This document shows positions 39,852 through 52,900 of a stretch of DNA of 64,000 nucleotides, piece after piece. The translations under genes were made by a program, and so were the position numbers. Position 1 is the first letter of the stretch, and each line of letters opens with the position of its first letter. This DNA is from Yuukianura sp. NJ FZ-2021. Taxonomy: Eukaryota. The notes under the pieces are model-generated. The model ran no database searches, was not told the origin of the DNA, and saw only the letters and a program-made list of their open reading frames with translations. The stretch is from assembly GCA_046563655.1 (NCBI GenBank), contig CM102290.1, positions 12,400,001-12,464,000 on the forward strand, read 5' to 3'.

Positions 39852-41269
39852 CCAAAGGGAATGTTCGAATCAATTTTGCACCTGTAAATTTACTCACTTT
39901 GAATTGGTTTACAGTAACTCCAGGTTTAAAGCACTTTGAAATATGATATGCACCCGCCATTTTATACCTGGCTAAAGGTCAAAGGTCACTATTTGTTTGG
40001 CTGAAAAGAATATATTGACTCTGGCTCTTTCAGCCTTCAGAATTTGTTTGCGTGGTGGCTAATTAGCGGAAGATCTGTCTTCTGGCTGCGTTTGTCTCTA
40101 TGTTTTCTATAATTTACCTTTCCCCTGACTTCATTTTGCGCTCGAGTAGAGTGGAGCATGAGACTTTGGTTGCGGTGCAACAGAGGCAGAGTGAGTCTAA
40201 AGTGCGACAAGTCATTTTCAAAATCCCAGCCACATCCAATGTCGCTGAAACCGCATTTCCAACACTCCTTTAACTCTAGTTGTTCCATTCAATTTGAGAC
40301 AAAGCAGCTTTAATTTATGTTTTTGAAACAACCCGCATTTCATCCCAACTAATTCAAAACCAAAAAGCCGCTTCCATTTCCTGGTGCTTAGCGGTGAAAA
40401 GGCTGCTACTTTGCTAAGGAAAACGGGGAGTGATCATATGGGCGCCAAATTTGAAATTGAAAGTGGTGTGTTAATCAAACGCCAACAACGGAAGCACGTC
40501 CGCGTGGTTTTCCCAACCGACTTCACCTGTCGCCTTCCATTTGGAAATGACTGATGATGGTGCGCAGACGCAAGAAAACAAAAATCAAGAACTCATCTTA
40601 AGCAAAACGCGCTCGACTTTATTTCCCTGTCGACCCATTTCCGCACAAATGAACAATTATAGCCTCAATTTCCATGTAAATGGTTCCTCCTACCATCCAA
40701 AGTCCGTCTCTCGAGGCTTAAATTTCAAAAGTCCCGCTCCCGCTCCACTCCGCTGGAGTCATACAGTGCTTTACTTAGGCTAGGTTGGGCATGGACTTAA
40801 TTAACTGGCACGGCCCAAACGACCTCTCACTCCTCGCCTCATTATTCCCAAATTAAACACAACTTTAGACTCCAAAACAAGTTCTGGTTAAGTTGAAGCA
40901 TCAAAGCGACGAAGCGTGAAACACCAAAACAATTAAAGGCGAAAGCGCTTCAGAGCGCTGATTGGTCCAAAATCACTTCAAAGTCACCCGACGGCGTTTT
41001 ACATAAGACCTGGAAGTGTTTTTGTGTCAAATTTTCTCAATTTATGAGTATTATAAAAAATTTGGTGATACTCAAAATTTCAAAATTAAATTTCACTTCG
41101 TACCATCGTACCTATTTGTAATTTTGTAATTTTAGTCAGCCTGACATCCAAATTCATTACATAACTAAAGCATCCCATAATACCTGCAATACAAATCTCT
41201 TGTTACAGAAACACAATATATTATTGCAAATAATATATTTAGGAGAAATGACGGCTACCTCTGCCAAAC

Positions 41270-41350
41270 GGGTCTGATAGCGACAGCTTAGTGGACAGAG
41301 CAACCTTCCTGACTGGTGTTAGCCGTGGGTTCGATTCTCACACAGACTCA
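41270..41350 (+). pseudogene. tRNA-like sequence (pseudo-tRNA or SINE head) inside an imperfect inverted repeat
   Basis: Acceptor-like stem gggtctg/cagactc, A-box-like agcttagtgg, T-arm gtggg-ttcgatt-ctcac and a downstream T-run; extra bases before the D arm and no good anticodon arm. Confidence 0.55.
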
Positions 41351-42097
41351 TATTTTTGGCATAGCAGAGGCTTATAGCTGTCTCGAGGTTTTATGTAAAT
41401 ATGCAGAAAACATTCTGACCAGACATTTGAGAACGCTCTGTGCTTAAAGTATGGCATTGTGGATTATGGATTGACGTTATATTATGGATCACGCCATAAC
41501 TTTACGTTACGTTTGTCAAAAATGACGCTAAAGTTATACTACTCTTACATGTTAGGTATGGGATAAACTTTTCAAGAATTGACACTTTACGATCGTCGTA
41601 CGGCCTTTTGGACGAAGGAAACAAAAGTTTTGGTTTACTTTTTCCAGTTGAAATCCTATTTGTGGTAACTTTTTTGAAACTGTATGCTGCGCAGTAGTAG
41701 TATAGAAAGGGAGGAAGTCAGAGTTAAGTAGGAAGTGGGAGAATTGGAACGAGGCGTGAAGATTCCATTCCTTCCAATTGAACTGATCCGAAGATCAAAA
41801 TGAAGCGTAGTGGAGAAAGTGATACTTTATTTCCTTTTATTACTTTTGCCCTCGTATCCAATATTATGTGGATAACACTTTCTAAGATACTAACTCATCA
41901 AACATTTCCCCTCTCCTCCTCTTTCCATTTCAGATACGCTTTTGTATCGCAGAATCCCATTTTTCAAGCTCCTTGACCTTCACGTGACAAGTGCTCCTCT
42001 CCTTTTATACTTTCACTTCCGTACAGTTGGAGAAAGTTAATTAAAAACTCATTTTCTGGGTTTTGTGTTCCACGGTGCTCCTAAACTCTGTTCTAAG

Positions 42098-42216
42098 TTT
42101 TCCCGCCACTCAATTTGAATTTGAGAACAGATTATGCTTGGAGAAATGCTGAGGGCTTAACGAGTCTCATTTTCTCTCACAACCTTGTTCTCAAATTTAA
42201 GTTCAGTGGCGCGAAA
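42098..42216. repeat. Imperfect palindrome / fold-back MITE
   Basis: tttcccgccactcaatttgaatttgagaaca pairs with tgttctcaaatttaagttcagtggcgcgaaa; related half at ~44771-44800. Confidence 0.7.
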
Positions 42217-42377
42217 GTTCGGTGAAAGTTGGAGATATCGGGTATCTAAGTAATAAATAAGCAGTTTACACTTTATAATTTCACTCTACTTTGTCCGTTT
42301 GTCTGTCTGTCTGCTCTGACTTTCTTTACTTGTGCCGATTTCAAAACAATGAATCCTCAAATGCTGAACCTTGAAGC

Positions 42378-42512
42378 AAGTGTTGGTTTCTGGATTTCTT
42401 TCAGCAACATCAAATTAGGTGGAAGTATCCATTTATATCCACCCATTTCTTCCGGATGAAATATATTATCCACTGGATGAAACGTCAAAAAAGTGGATAT
42501 CCACCAACACTG
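42378..42512. mobile_element. Short hAT-like MITE
   Basis: TIR (c/a)agtgttggt...accaacactg; 8-bp TSD cttgaagc/cttgaaac. Confidence 0.75.
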
Positions 42513-42871
42513 CTTGAAACCTAGATCGCTGAAATCCTAGATTTCTGAACCTTGAAATGCCGAACACTAAAATCTGGAATCCTGAAATCCTAGATTCCTG
42601 AATACTAATTCAGGATATATCCCGGGTTCATGCTGATACGTGAAAGTTTCAAATTGAAGTTCCTTACAGTGTCACGACTGTAATTAGGAAACTTTTCATC
42701 TAACTCGTACTTAAAAGTACAGTTCTTGATTAGCAGATGAATCTAAGTTCTGGGATTTTTTAATCTGTCGTTTCTTCTTTTTTAAAAAACTTTACTTCCA
42801 CTCCCAGAATTGACTACAATGTAGTCACTTACTATAATTAAACTCAGATTCATTGCAGTGTTGCATGTCTT

Positions 42872-43130
42872 CAAGGTTCCTTGATACAGAAAAGTCAATT
42901 TCCTTGAGCAGGTTAGGCATTACCTCGCTTGTTGACAAAAAAAAAAAAATTAGTACCAATTTAGAACAAATTCGAAAAGTTGGTAACAATAATTAATATG
43001 CATTTAAAAAATTAGCTGTATTGTTATGACTACGATGCCCGGAAATGAAAAAATACTTTTATTTTGCAAAATCGAAAAACATGAGGTATTACCCAACGTG
43101 TTAAAGAAAACCAAAAGTCAACAAACCTTG
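42872..43130. mobile_element. CAAGGTT-terminal MITE, subfamily B
   Basis: B internal sequence and both termini; decayed TSD catgtctt/catctcta. Confidence 0.85.
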
Positions 43131-46100
43131 CATCTCTATATGTTTAGTGTATCGTCTAAGCTACGGATACTTGAGTGTTACATGTGTGCAGCATTTACCC
43201 TGTTTGCGGGAAATTTAAGTGTTGCAGAGTAGCGAAATAGGAAAAATATGGAAGAAGTGTTGTGAAGTGTCAGTGGTGGTGAAATTGTGAAAAGTGCATT
43301 TTAAGCACATTTTTATAACCAACAGGATACTTGATACTTCATGCACATTATACTGCGAAAGTTGTAAAAAAAATTCAAAGGAGAATTTTTTACAAAAATA
43401 AAATGGCAAAGTCATTTTTTTTGAAAAGTGAAAGCAACAACGTCGAATGAGGCTACTAGGAAAAAAGACTTTTTTTTTGAAAATTGAGCAAAATCTAGAA
43501 AATTAGGTGATAAATTGAATGTTGTAGGCAGAATTATTTCGCATGACTTACTCCAATGAATAGGACCAATCCATCTGATGAGACCATAATTGACGTAAAT
43601 TTCACAATTTCGAAAACGAAAAAAACGCGGCCCATTGGTCCAAAAAATGCCACTTGCCAAAATTTTCCTCAATCACTCCTTCCACCGCTTTACTCTTTTT
43701 TTTTGTTACCGAAATTCGCCGATTTTAGATTCCTTTTGAAGTTTCTGTAACTAACCTGTGCTTCCTGTATTTTGGTAATTTTGAAAATTTCCTTCATCCT
43801 TTTCTTTTGTGGATTGTAAAATGCAATTAAGAATTGAAGCTTAATGAACTTAAAGTCTTTGTCTATTCAGTCTCCGCTCTTTGATGTTCCGTAATTGTTT
43901 CTTGTGTCAAATTTATAGTTGAGCCTTCTTTACCGCAAATTGAAGTCTAAAAATACTTTCACTCAATTAATTTAAATACAAATTATAAAAAGTGCTTCCG
44001 CAGTTCGAGGTAAAACACAATCAAAGGTTTCTGAGTTTTTATTAGGTTGTTATTTTTCAATATTGTTGCTGCGTGCTCAAAATTTTTAATTTTCATTCAC
44101 TCTCGTCGAAAGTGGTGGATTTATCCATGATGTAGTTACAGTTTCGTCCGGACGAAATTGGATTTCGTCCATGCAGAACTGGATTTCATCCGGCTGAAAC
44201 ATTTCACCCACTGGATATATCACCGGAACAAAATACCGAGAAAGTATGTGTTCAAAAATAATTTTCTTTAAAAGAATTTTTTATTTGTCGTAATGAAAAT
44301 TTATTTTAGACAAAAAAAGAGAATCGTTTTCGCTGATTTTTTTGTCCGGTTATATGTTGCAGAGGAATGTTTGGAATGTGTGCACTGAATTGCCTCTGCT
44401 CTGCATAACTTTCTGAACGAAGATGCAGAAGTGCTGCTTTTACTTTGTTAGGAATGTGCGGAATGCCCTCATTCCTGCCAACTGGGAATAGAGTTCAAGT
44501 CTAACTTTCTCCTCTGTCGACTGAACTGTACCGAGGGTTACCCTGTTGTACCCACAAGAGTGTAACAAGATGACGTGGTTACATTGGATGGTTACACATT
44601 ACTGTGGGGATGGTTATGTAATATCGTTTTGGGTTTTGCCTAAAAAACAACGTCAATAGTTCATGTTGCAGGTGTAGTGTAATGTTTAGGCTGAAATGTC
44701 ATTCAATTTCAGAGTTAAATTGTAAACAAAAAATGAAAGGTGCCTAATCTGCCTTTCTTTCGAAAGAATCTTGAATTTGAATCAAGTGGCGCGAAAAGTT
44801 GGCTAAGCTTAGGCTCCCGGTATTCCCTTAAGGATTCCACGGTTCCACATTAGCTCAACTTGGTTGAAGTACGACAGAGTTGGATCGCCTGTAACCACGT
44901 AACCATCGACGTATGGTTGCAATCCATGGTTACAATAAGCTAGAAATGATTCTAGTTTGTGACGTACGTTGTATCGTGGTTTCACGAACCTTAATCTCCT
45001 CGGTGTAAGAAATAATATCAAACATCATATGTAATAATCACACGGTTGTTACTTTATATGGTTTTTTGGTGCATTACCAAAGCATAATATAGTATCATTT
45101 TCAATGCAGCCTTTAACTTAATCTAGCCGTCTAAGTACATCAGTAGTTACAAATATTTTGGTATTGAAGTTTACCATGAATGGTTACAATGGATGCATCC
45201 GAGAGTTATGTCAACCTACTTTCTCCACACTGCGACTATGGAAAACGCTAAAGAGAACGGATCGATTCGACTTTTCTCCTTCAAATCTCCCCAACCCCAC
45301 CCCTATTCTCCCTACCAATTCTATCCACTTGCAAATTCAAAGAATTCAAAACAGGACACAAACTCCCGCCTTTATCCAGAACGACCAACGGAAAGTTTTT
45401 GTAACTAACAAAAACAAATTGTTTTGTTTGAAAACCAGCAAAAGTTGGTTGGTGGCAAGCCCCAAAGTCCTTCAAAGAAGGCGATTGCAGTTGTTTTTTG
45501 TTCAAGAAAAGTTGGAATTGATTTGAACATGTTTTTTCAAAAGTTTTTGGATTGATATTTTCTGTGTGAAATTTTTTTCTCTCTCTCTTTCTTATGCCTT
45601 AAACTTTTCCCCTTCTTTTATTCCTTGTTCCCGTGGATAAGAAAAAATGGAGACTTTTCCCTCTCTCGCTCTTATTTTCACTAGTTGTATTTGAATTTGG
45701 CTCCAAAAAGAAAGTTTTTTTTTGGCTTTTTAGCCAATTCGTTTATTTCCTCAACTTTCTTCTATCTAAGACTTTCTCTCGCTGCTTCTCTTTTTAGGTT
45801 AGGGTTTCTAAGGTAAAGCCATTGAGCAGAAGGTTTCAAACTCTGCCGCTTTTTGGGTAACGATAACTAAACTCATTTGGGAAAGAGTCAGGGGACACAA
45901 ACGGCGGGAGTTTTTGAAACGAAACTCCCACAAGAACAACTTTCTCTACTTTGCTCACTGACTCTTACATTGGGTTATCCTTTTCTGCTGGAAGTCCAAC
46001 ATTCTGGAATTGAATTGAACGGAATTGGTCTCCTGTCAAGCACTTTCTCCCACTCTACCCAGTTCTCAACAGTAACCGGACGATTATGGACGGTCACTCT

Positions 46101-46566
46101 TGAGCCGCACTCTCATAGACTATTCATTTTTGTACATTCTGGGATAGGTTTTGGTCGTGTTCTAAATTATAGTGCAACTTTGTTTATGCCTAATCTGACA
46201 GTTACGGATTGAGAAGTTTCCGTGCAAGACAGTCCGGGAATGGTTCCAACAGAGACCCCTCCTGGCGACTACTTCTGCTCAGATTCCATTTGCTTTATTC
46301 CCGGGTTCACCAAACCAAACAAATTGTCCCTCATTTCCCAAATATTGACCTCGCCACTTCACTGTCTAATGCTCTCGTTTCTTTTTCAGGTCAACTCAAT
46401 GATATCGCATCTCCCTCGTGACCTTTCAAGGGTCAACAGACGACACAAGGACTTCTCAATCCATCCGTACCACAAAATGCTACCGGCATAACCTCACAAG
46501 AGATGCCAGAGGTTTCTCCAAGGTGACATGAAAAGTATTGCGTTCCGTTCCATCCAGAAATTTACT

Positions 46567-46893
46567 CGTTCCCTTACGTTCCGGTACGAAACTAACGTCG
46601 TTCCTCTACTTGTAGTATGAAACGTGCTTCGTTCCGGTATGGAACTAATGTCGTTTCCCTACTTCTAATACGAATGTGCTTTGTTCCGTTACGTTCCGGT
46701 ATAAAACTAACGCCGTTCCCTCGTTCTAGTATGAAACGTGCTTCGTTCTCTTACGTTCCGGTATAAAACTAACGTCGTTCCTTTACGTCTAGTATGAAAG
46801 TGCTTCGTTCCTCTACGTTCCGGTATGAAACTAACGTCGTTCCCCTACTTCTAGTATGAAACGTGGTTCGTTCCCTTACGTTTCGGTGTAAAA
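46567..46893. repeat. Minisatellite, ~62-bp dimeric unit, ~5 copies, ending ~30 bp before the PDE start codon
   Basis: Alternating cgttcccttacgttccggtatgaaactaacgt and cgttcccctacttctagtatgaaacgtgctt subunits. Confidence 0.9.
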
Positions 46894-46924
46894 GCTTTCA
46901 TCCGTGGCTCCAAAATTTGAAATA

Positions 46925-49900
46925 ATGAAATCCACAATGTCAAGTGAGGAAGGACTGGAGGAGGCCGGAAGAGACGAAAAGCTCGAGGAATATCTCTCTG
47001 CCCACCCCGAATTCATTGAAAAATGGCTCCAGGAGAAAGTCAGTCCAGAAACCCGCCATAGACTCCTCAAAACGACATGGTCCAAAGGTCGTCCGGGGTC
47101 AAAGGCCGGGGTTAACAACCACCATCACACTAACAATACCTCTCACGACAACTCCAATGACCAAGACAACCAGCCTCTTCCTCCAGAAGTCGAAGACCAA
47201 GAATGTCCAGGTCAACTTCCCTCGTCAATTTTCCCAGCGTTCCATCCCCACCATGGTTTGACAGAAGAGGAGTCTCTGACTATGCAAAAGTCACAAGCCA
47301 GGTCCAAACGGAACTCAATTACGTCAGATCGGTTCCAGTCCTGGTTGTCCACTTCAGCATCAACTGCTGTGTCTCCGAAGCACAACAAGCCGGAATGTCC
47401 AGGGGACAGTAGTGGAAGTGAGCCGGACATGCGCCTGGGCGTGGTTGGGAAACGTTCGGGGTTGTCACGACTGGAGGAATTAGCGGAGAGTGAACTGTTC
47501 ATTGAGCTCGTGAAGGACATTGCCAATGAGCTGAACATTGACATCCTGTGTCACAAAATCCTGGTGAACGTTGGCTTTCTGACGCAAGGTGACCGCTGCA
47601 GCCTCTTCCTCGCTCGTGGACCAGAGGAGCAACGCTACTTGGTTGCAAAACTATTTGATGTCACAGTGGATTCGGGTGAGAATCACTTCAGAACCACTTA
47701 AGGGTCCAATCCTTAGGCGAAAGTACACAATCCAGTTCAAATTACCTAAATGGTTCCATTTTCTTGATGCTAGGACACTTCTGGTCGGGGAAAAGTGGAA
47801 CAGCCAAAGCATAGTATAGCTTGTATCTCGTAAAAGTTTGATTCAGAAGCAATAGTAGCTGTCCTAAAGCAAGGTTTCTTGACAACGAAAAGTTAATTTT
47901 CTTTAACAGGTTGGGTACTGCCTCGTTTGTTGACATAAAAACGAAAATAAAATGGTACCAATTTTAATTTTAGCACCAATCCGAAAAATTGCTACCAATT
48001 TGTATGCAAAATTTAAAAAATGCGGCTGTATTGTTATGACTACGATGCCCTGAGCCCTGAAATGAAAAGACACTTTTTTGCTAAATCAAAAGACATGAGG
48101 TATTACCCACCTGTAAAAGAAAACAAAGTCAACAAACCTTGGTCCTTAAGTGTCCGTCCAAGGGAGTTCTGGAATCCCATTCTGCGACTCCCGCTGGCCT
48201 GAAGCACCAGTGGCAGTGCACTTACTATAGAATGTGTTTGATTTAGGATTTTTATGTTGTTAGAACCAAACCCTTGAGGCCTACTTTTAATGCCCAACGT
48301 ATCTCTGTTCAGAACTTCACTTCATTTCAAATTTCGCTCCATTTTTGTCATAACTTTTTTCTTTTCATTTGCTAGATTTTTGCTTCTAATGTAACAAATT
48401 GACACGAAAGTTTGTTTAATTCATTTTCCCCCAAACAGCAGACAAAAAAAATTGGCCTCGTTTTCTTGCGTGTTGTTTCACGCACGCATCCGGCTGTAGC
48501 GGTGTACTAACAAATTTTTAGTAAGATGCGAGACAAATGCGTGCTGTTTTTGAGTTTGCAAAAGTTTTTTTTTTGCTGGACAAAGAATCCAGAGTGGATG
48601 AAGTCGACGGTAACTGATAGCGTTGCACTACCAGATTACGAGCTGGTGAAAGTAGAAAGCACAAGGAATACGAAATTTACTTGAAACTGGTTAGACTGAA
48701 ACAGATAGCAGAAAACACGATCATCTTCACCGCTTTGGAGAATTTTTTTTTACTTATTTGAAACTGGGCTAGACTTGGCGGTCGATTTTATTTCCTTCCT
48801 CACGCCTATCGTTTCAAAAAAAAATTTCGTTCCCAAAAATTTCTAGTCTTGTAAAACCGCCTATAAAAGTGGTATGACGGGAATTTGATTTGGTTTGCGC
48901 AGAAGTGGAGGAGTCATTGAGCAGAGCTCAGGCCGAAGAGATCCGAATTCCATTTGGAGTGGGTATTGCCGGTCACGTGGCTCAGCTCAAAGAAATCGTT
49001 AACATCAAAGATGCTTACAAGGTAAGCACTGCGAAAAATCTTCCAAAAATGTTCCAATGTTCGAACTTATTGTTAGTGTAAAGTTTAAAATTTAAAAAAA
49101 AATCTAGGACGAGCGGTTTAGTAAGGAAGTTGACAACCGGACTGGCTACAAAACGTGCAGTATTCTGGCCTTACCCATTTGCAATAACGAGGGCGATGTG
49201 ATTGGTGTGGCTCAAGTCATCAATAAGAAATCAGGCGACCACACCTTCACCCCTGCTGATATCGAGGTGAGAAACTTTGCAGTTCTAGGACAAATTAGTC
49301 CGCTTGAAAGCAAACCTTTACCTAGATCATCAAATTTTGTAGCAAAAACAATCTAACAACCTCCATTACTTGTTAGCAACATCGATTTTACAACTATTTC
49401 ATCGCATTGGTCCAATTAAAATTGGTTCAACTGAAAAAGTTCAAAACTAATTAGGTCGAACGTCATTTCGTTCAAAAGTAAAAACTTCAGCCGACTTAAT
49501 TAAAACTAACTTAACTTCAGCCGTTTGAACCATTTGAACCTCAATTATTTTAGATAATTTATTTCGAACCTTTTGAACTAATTTTTTCGAACCTTTTTAT
49601 TTGAGCAATTTCTTTTCGAACCATTTCCATTTCTACCATTATAATACACAATGTTATTTATTTGACACAATTGGTATGTAGACTTTTGGATCAACTTTTT
49701 CCGACGATTTTATTTGAACCTTTTTTTCGAACCATTTGATTTGAACCAATGACGTAATACATAATATTGCTTTTCCATAGGTTTTTGAGCGGTATTTGAC
49801 CTTTTGCGGAATTGGGATTCAGAATGCTCAGCTCTTTGAGACGTCAGTAGCCGAGTACAGAAAGAATCAGGTACGTCTTTTGTATTAGTAGTAAGTAGTG

Positions 49901-52900
49901 CTGGTGGTGGTTTTTTAATGCGGAGAAGTGACTTTTTGGTGGTCGTGAAGCCACCACGGTGGGGCTCACATGGTGGGGCACAAACTCTGAGCTTTGTTAT
50001 GTGGACAGAAACTAATTACTTAGCTCTCGCACTCAACAAATTACGAGAGAGAAAGGAAAGAAAGCGTGGGCTTACTTTCTTAAGTGAGAAAGCCTTTTGT
50101 TTGTTCAAAAAAAAAGACAAATCCCAGTCGCAGTGCTTTTTTCTTCTATACTGTGAGACGTTTTTTCATTTTTTTGAAATGAAACTTTTGCGAAAGTTTC
50201 ATAAATTCAAATTCCAAAAATTTCATGGTTGAGTTAAAAATTAGGTTAGGTTAAGAACAGGTTTGAATAAATTTTTTCCCATCTTGCTTGTTTAGCTTCT
50301 TCTAAACCTGGCTCGCAGCATTTTTGAGGAGCAGACGAGTTTGGAGCGCCTCGTTTCGAAAATCATGCGAGAAGCTCAGGAGCTGCTCAAGTGCGAGCGA
50401 TCCCTCGTGTACTTGCGGGATGTACCACTCTATGAAGCTGTAAGTCAGTCAAGCGATACGTAAATGTTAGACGGTGAGACGAAACAGGGCACTTCTGGAC
50501 GGCTATTTATGAGCCACTAGCTTTGTGAACACTTACCTATAGCCAAGGTTCGTAAACAAAAAGAAAACTTTTTCTACACCAGGTTGTCCAATAACTCGAA
50601 GTTTTAAAATTTGTTTGAAAGTAGCAAATCTGCCTTTCTATGATAATTTTTTGCATCTAATCTAAGTGGGATTGGTGCTAAAGTTTTTTCGTTTTTTTTG
50701 TTTAATTACAAAATTTAGTTTGAAAATAAAGTTGGGGGAAAAAGTATAAACAAAATTGGGGGGAAAATTATTTGAAACAAGATTTTTGAAATCCCTGAAT
50801 TGTTGGACAACCTGTTGTAGAAAATACAATTCGGTTGTCAAGGAACCTTGCGCATAATCATCCGATGTTCATAAATGGACGGTAAGGCAGTAGCCGTCCA
50901 ACAATGTCATGGTTCATAAAAAGCCATCCATGAGAGTCCTGGAAGCGTTTGATGCAGAAAAGCGTCTTAACCTCACCTGCTCCTGCCAATCAAATCAAAC
51001 TGAGAAATAATGGCGTTTTTGAAATTTCAAATCCTCCCGCCACATTCTATTCTTTTGTTATAGAGTCAAATCGAGAAGATATTGATGATGCCTTCGTCCC
51101 TGCCTGCCAAAGGAGATAGAAAGCCCCTCTCCAGGAGAGAGGTAAGTCACGCAAACACTTACCTAATAAAACAAAGACGCGGTGGAGCTAAGTTCTTTAG
51201 TGCCTAAAGTGGTTGGTGGTTCGATTCTCGGTGGCGGTGGGCCTAAACTTCCTTCCGTGCCATGTCATGTACATGGGAATAAATAGGCAAAATCCTTTTA
51301 CTGTAACATGAGCTACCAACCGTGTGTGATACGATCAATTCGGAAGTGAACACACAGTATAGTGTAGTCTCTGGTGACAAGGAACTCCGTTGACAAAGTG
51401 TTCTTTGGCGCCGAAATCTCTAAGATCCAAACATGACAAATCGTGTGCGACGTGAGTGGGGCACTTACGGAGTTGAATTTAAAAAAAAATACACAAAATT
51501 GCAATAAAAATTTTAAATGCTTTTAAAAACTATTTCCTGGCAGACACTTTCACTTCCTGGTGAAAGCTTAGCTTAAAACGAGTTCAGTGTTAAAGCTCTA
51601 CGTTGCGTTTAGGTTACTTTTCCATTAGGTTATGTACGTACCAGATTAGGTTAAGTTTTGTATGCTGTGCCAGATAAGGTTACGTTTAGAGTAGTTCGAT
51701 CGCAGGCCAACACTCCGTCTGCGAATTTAGTAGAAGGGAAATGCATAGCCTGAGTTATTTTTCCAAGATTTTTATGAACTCATCATTGGTAGCATGGTAT
51801 CAGCCTACGTTGTTTAAATCGAAATTTTGTTTATCTTTTTTACCAGGTTATGCCATAAATTCTTTTTTCCAAATTTTTTGAACGAAACTGTGACTAAGCA
51901 ACATGAAATTTAAAAAAATGAAAACATTATTGTGAGAATCAACAAAATTCGTCTAAAAGTTGTTTGTTTTAGTTTTTTTTAAATCAGAGTTACGGCATAA
52001 CCTGTTACGGTATTTGTACAAATGGCCACTATCAACAACCTTGGTAACAACAACATGTCGTGTCTGTTGAAAATTGAGAGTGACCTACCTGAAAATACAG
52101 TGTGCAAATCTAGTTTTCAATGTGAGAAACTATCTCTCGTTTTTTTGAAAAGAAGAAAAATCGGATTGTAATCAAAGCAGAATGGAGAGAAAGGTAAAAG
52201 GAGAAGAGAAAGTTCTTTGAGTCACTCTTGGAACGAACTTCTCTTCGTGTTTACTTTTGAATTTATGGAGTTAAAGGCTTATAGAAGAAAGTCTAAAGCC
52301 TACGCAAGTCTTTAGTCACTCTCACTGTTAAAGCTACTCGCAAAGGTGAATTGTTGGATTCACAAGGTTTTCCTTTAAACTTAAAAAAAAGGTTCTTTTT
52401 GACGGAAATTTTTTGAAAATTTATTGTTTTTGTGAACCATAACTCTTAATACGTAGCACATTCAAAGTAGCTTTCCAGCTGGAGAGCTTAAACGCTGCGA
52501 ATAAGAGAAAGTTGGAAACATCAATTTTCCTATATACTTTCTCTTTGCAAGTCTAGAAACGAGGAAAAATGGAAAATTTTGGACATGAATATTGAAAATT
52601 GAGAAAATTGGAGTGGACCTGAGAAAAAAAATGATTGAAAAGGACGTTGAAGTTGATTGCATGCGACGAGAGTGTTCGATTAGCTTTCACGGAGAAAGTA
52701 GCAAGTCATTTGAGAGAAAGAGGGATTGATTTATTATAAAAAGTGTCTATATTTGTAGAGCAAGACTGTGACGATGCGGGAAGTGCTTCGAGAGAAGGTA
52801 AATTTTGAATTTTTGAACTTTCCCGCTTCTTTAGTCATTTTGAGTCCTGTCACTTTCACGTATGGGGTTCCTCCAGGGCATTCTCTTTGAGCTTGTCTTT

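Noticed and set aside
41270..41350. Functional tRNA gene
   Set aside because: Extra bases between acceptor and D arm and no credible anticodon stem-loop; kept only as tRNA-like.
46567..46893. CRISPR-like repeat/spacer periodicity
   Set aside because: The intervening segments are themselves repeated, there are no cas genes and the context is eukaryotic; it is a minisatellite.
50241..51690. TTAGG-like motifs suggesting interstitial telomeric repeat
   Set aside because: Only two or three contiguous units or scattered degenerate copies; too short to support.
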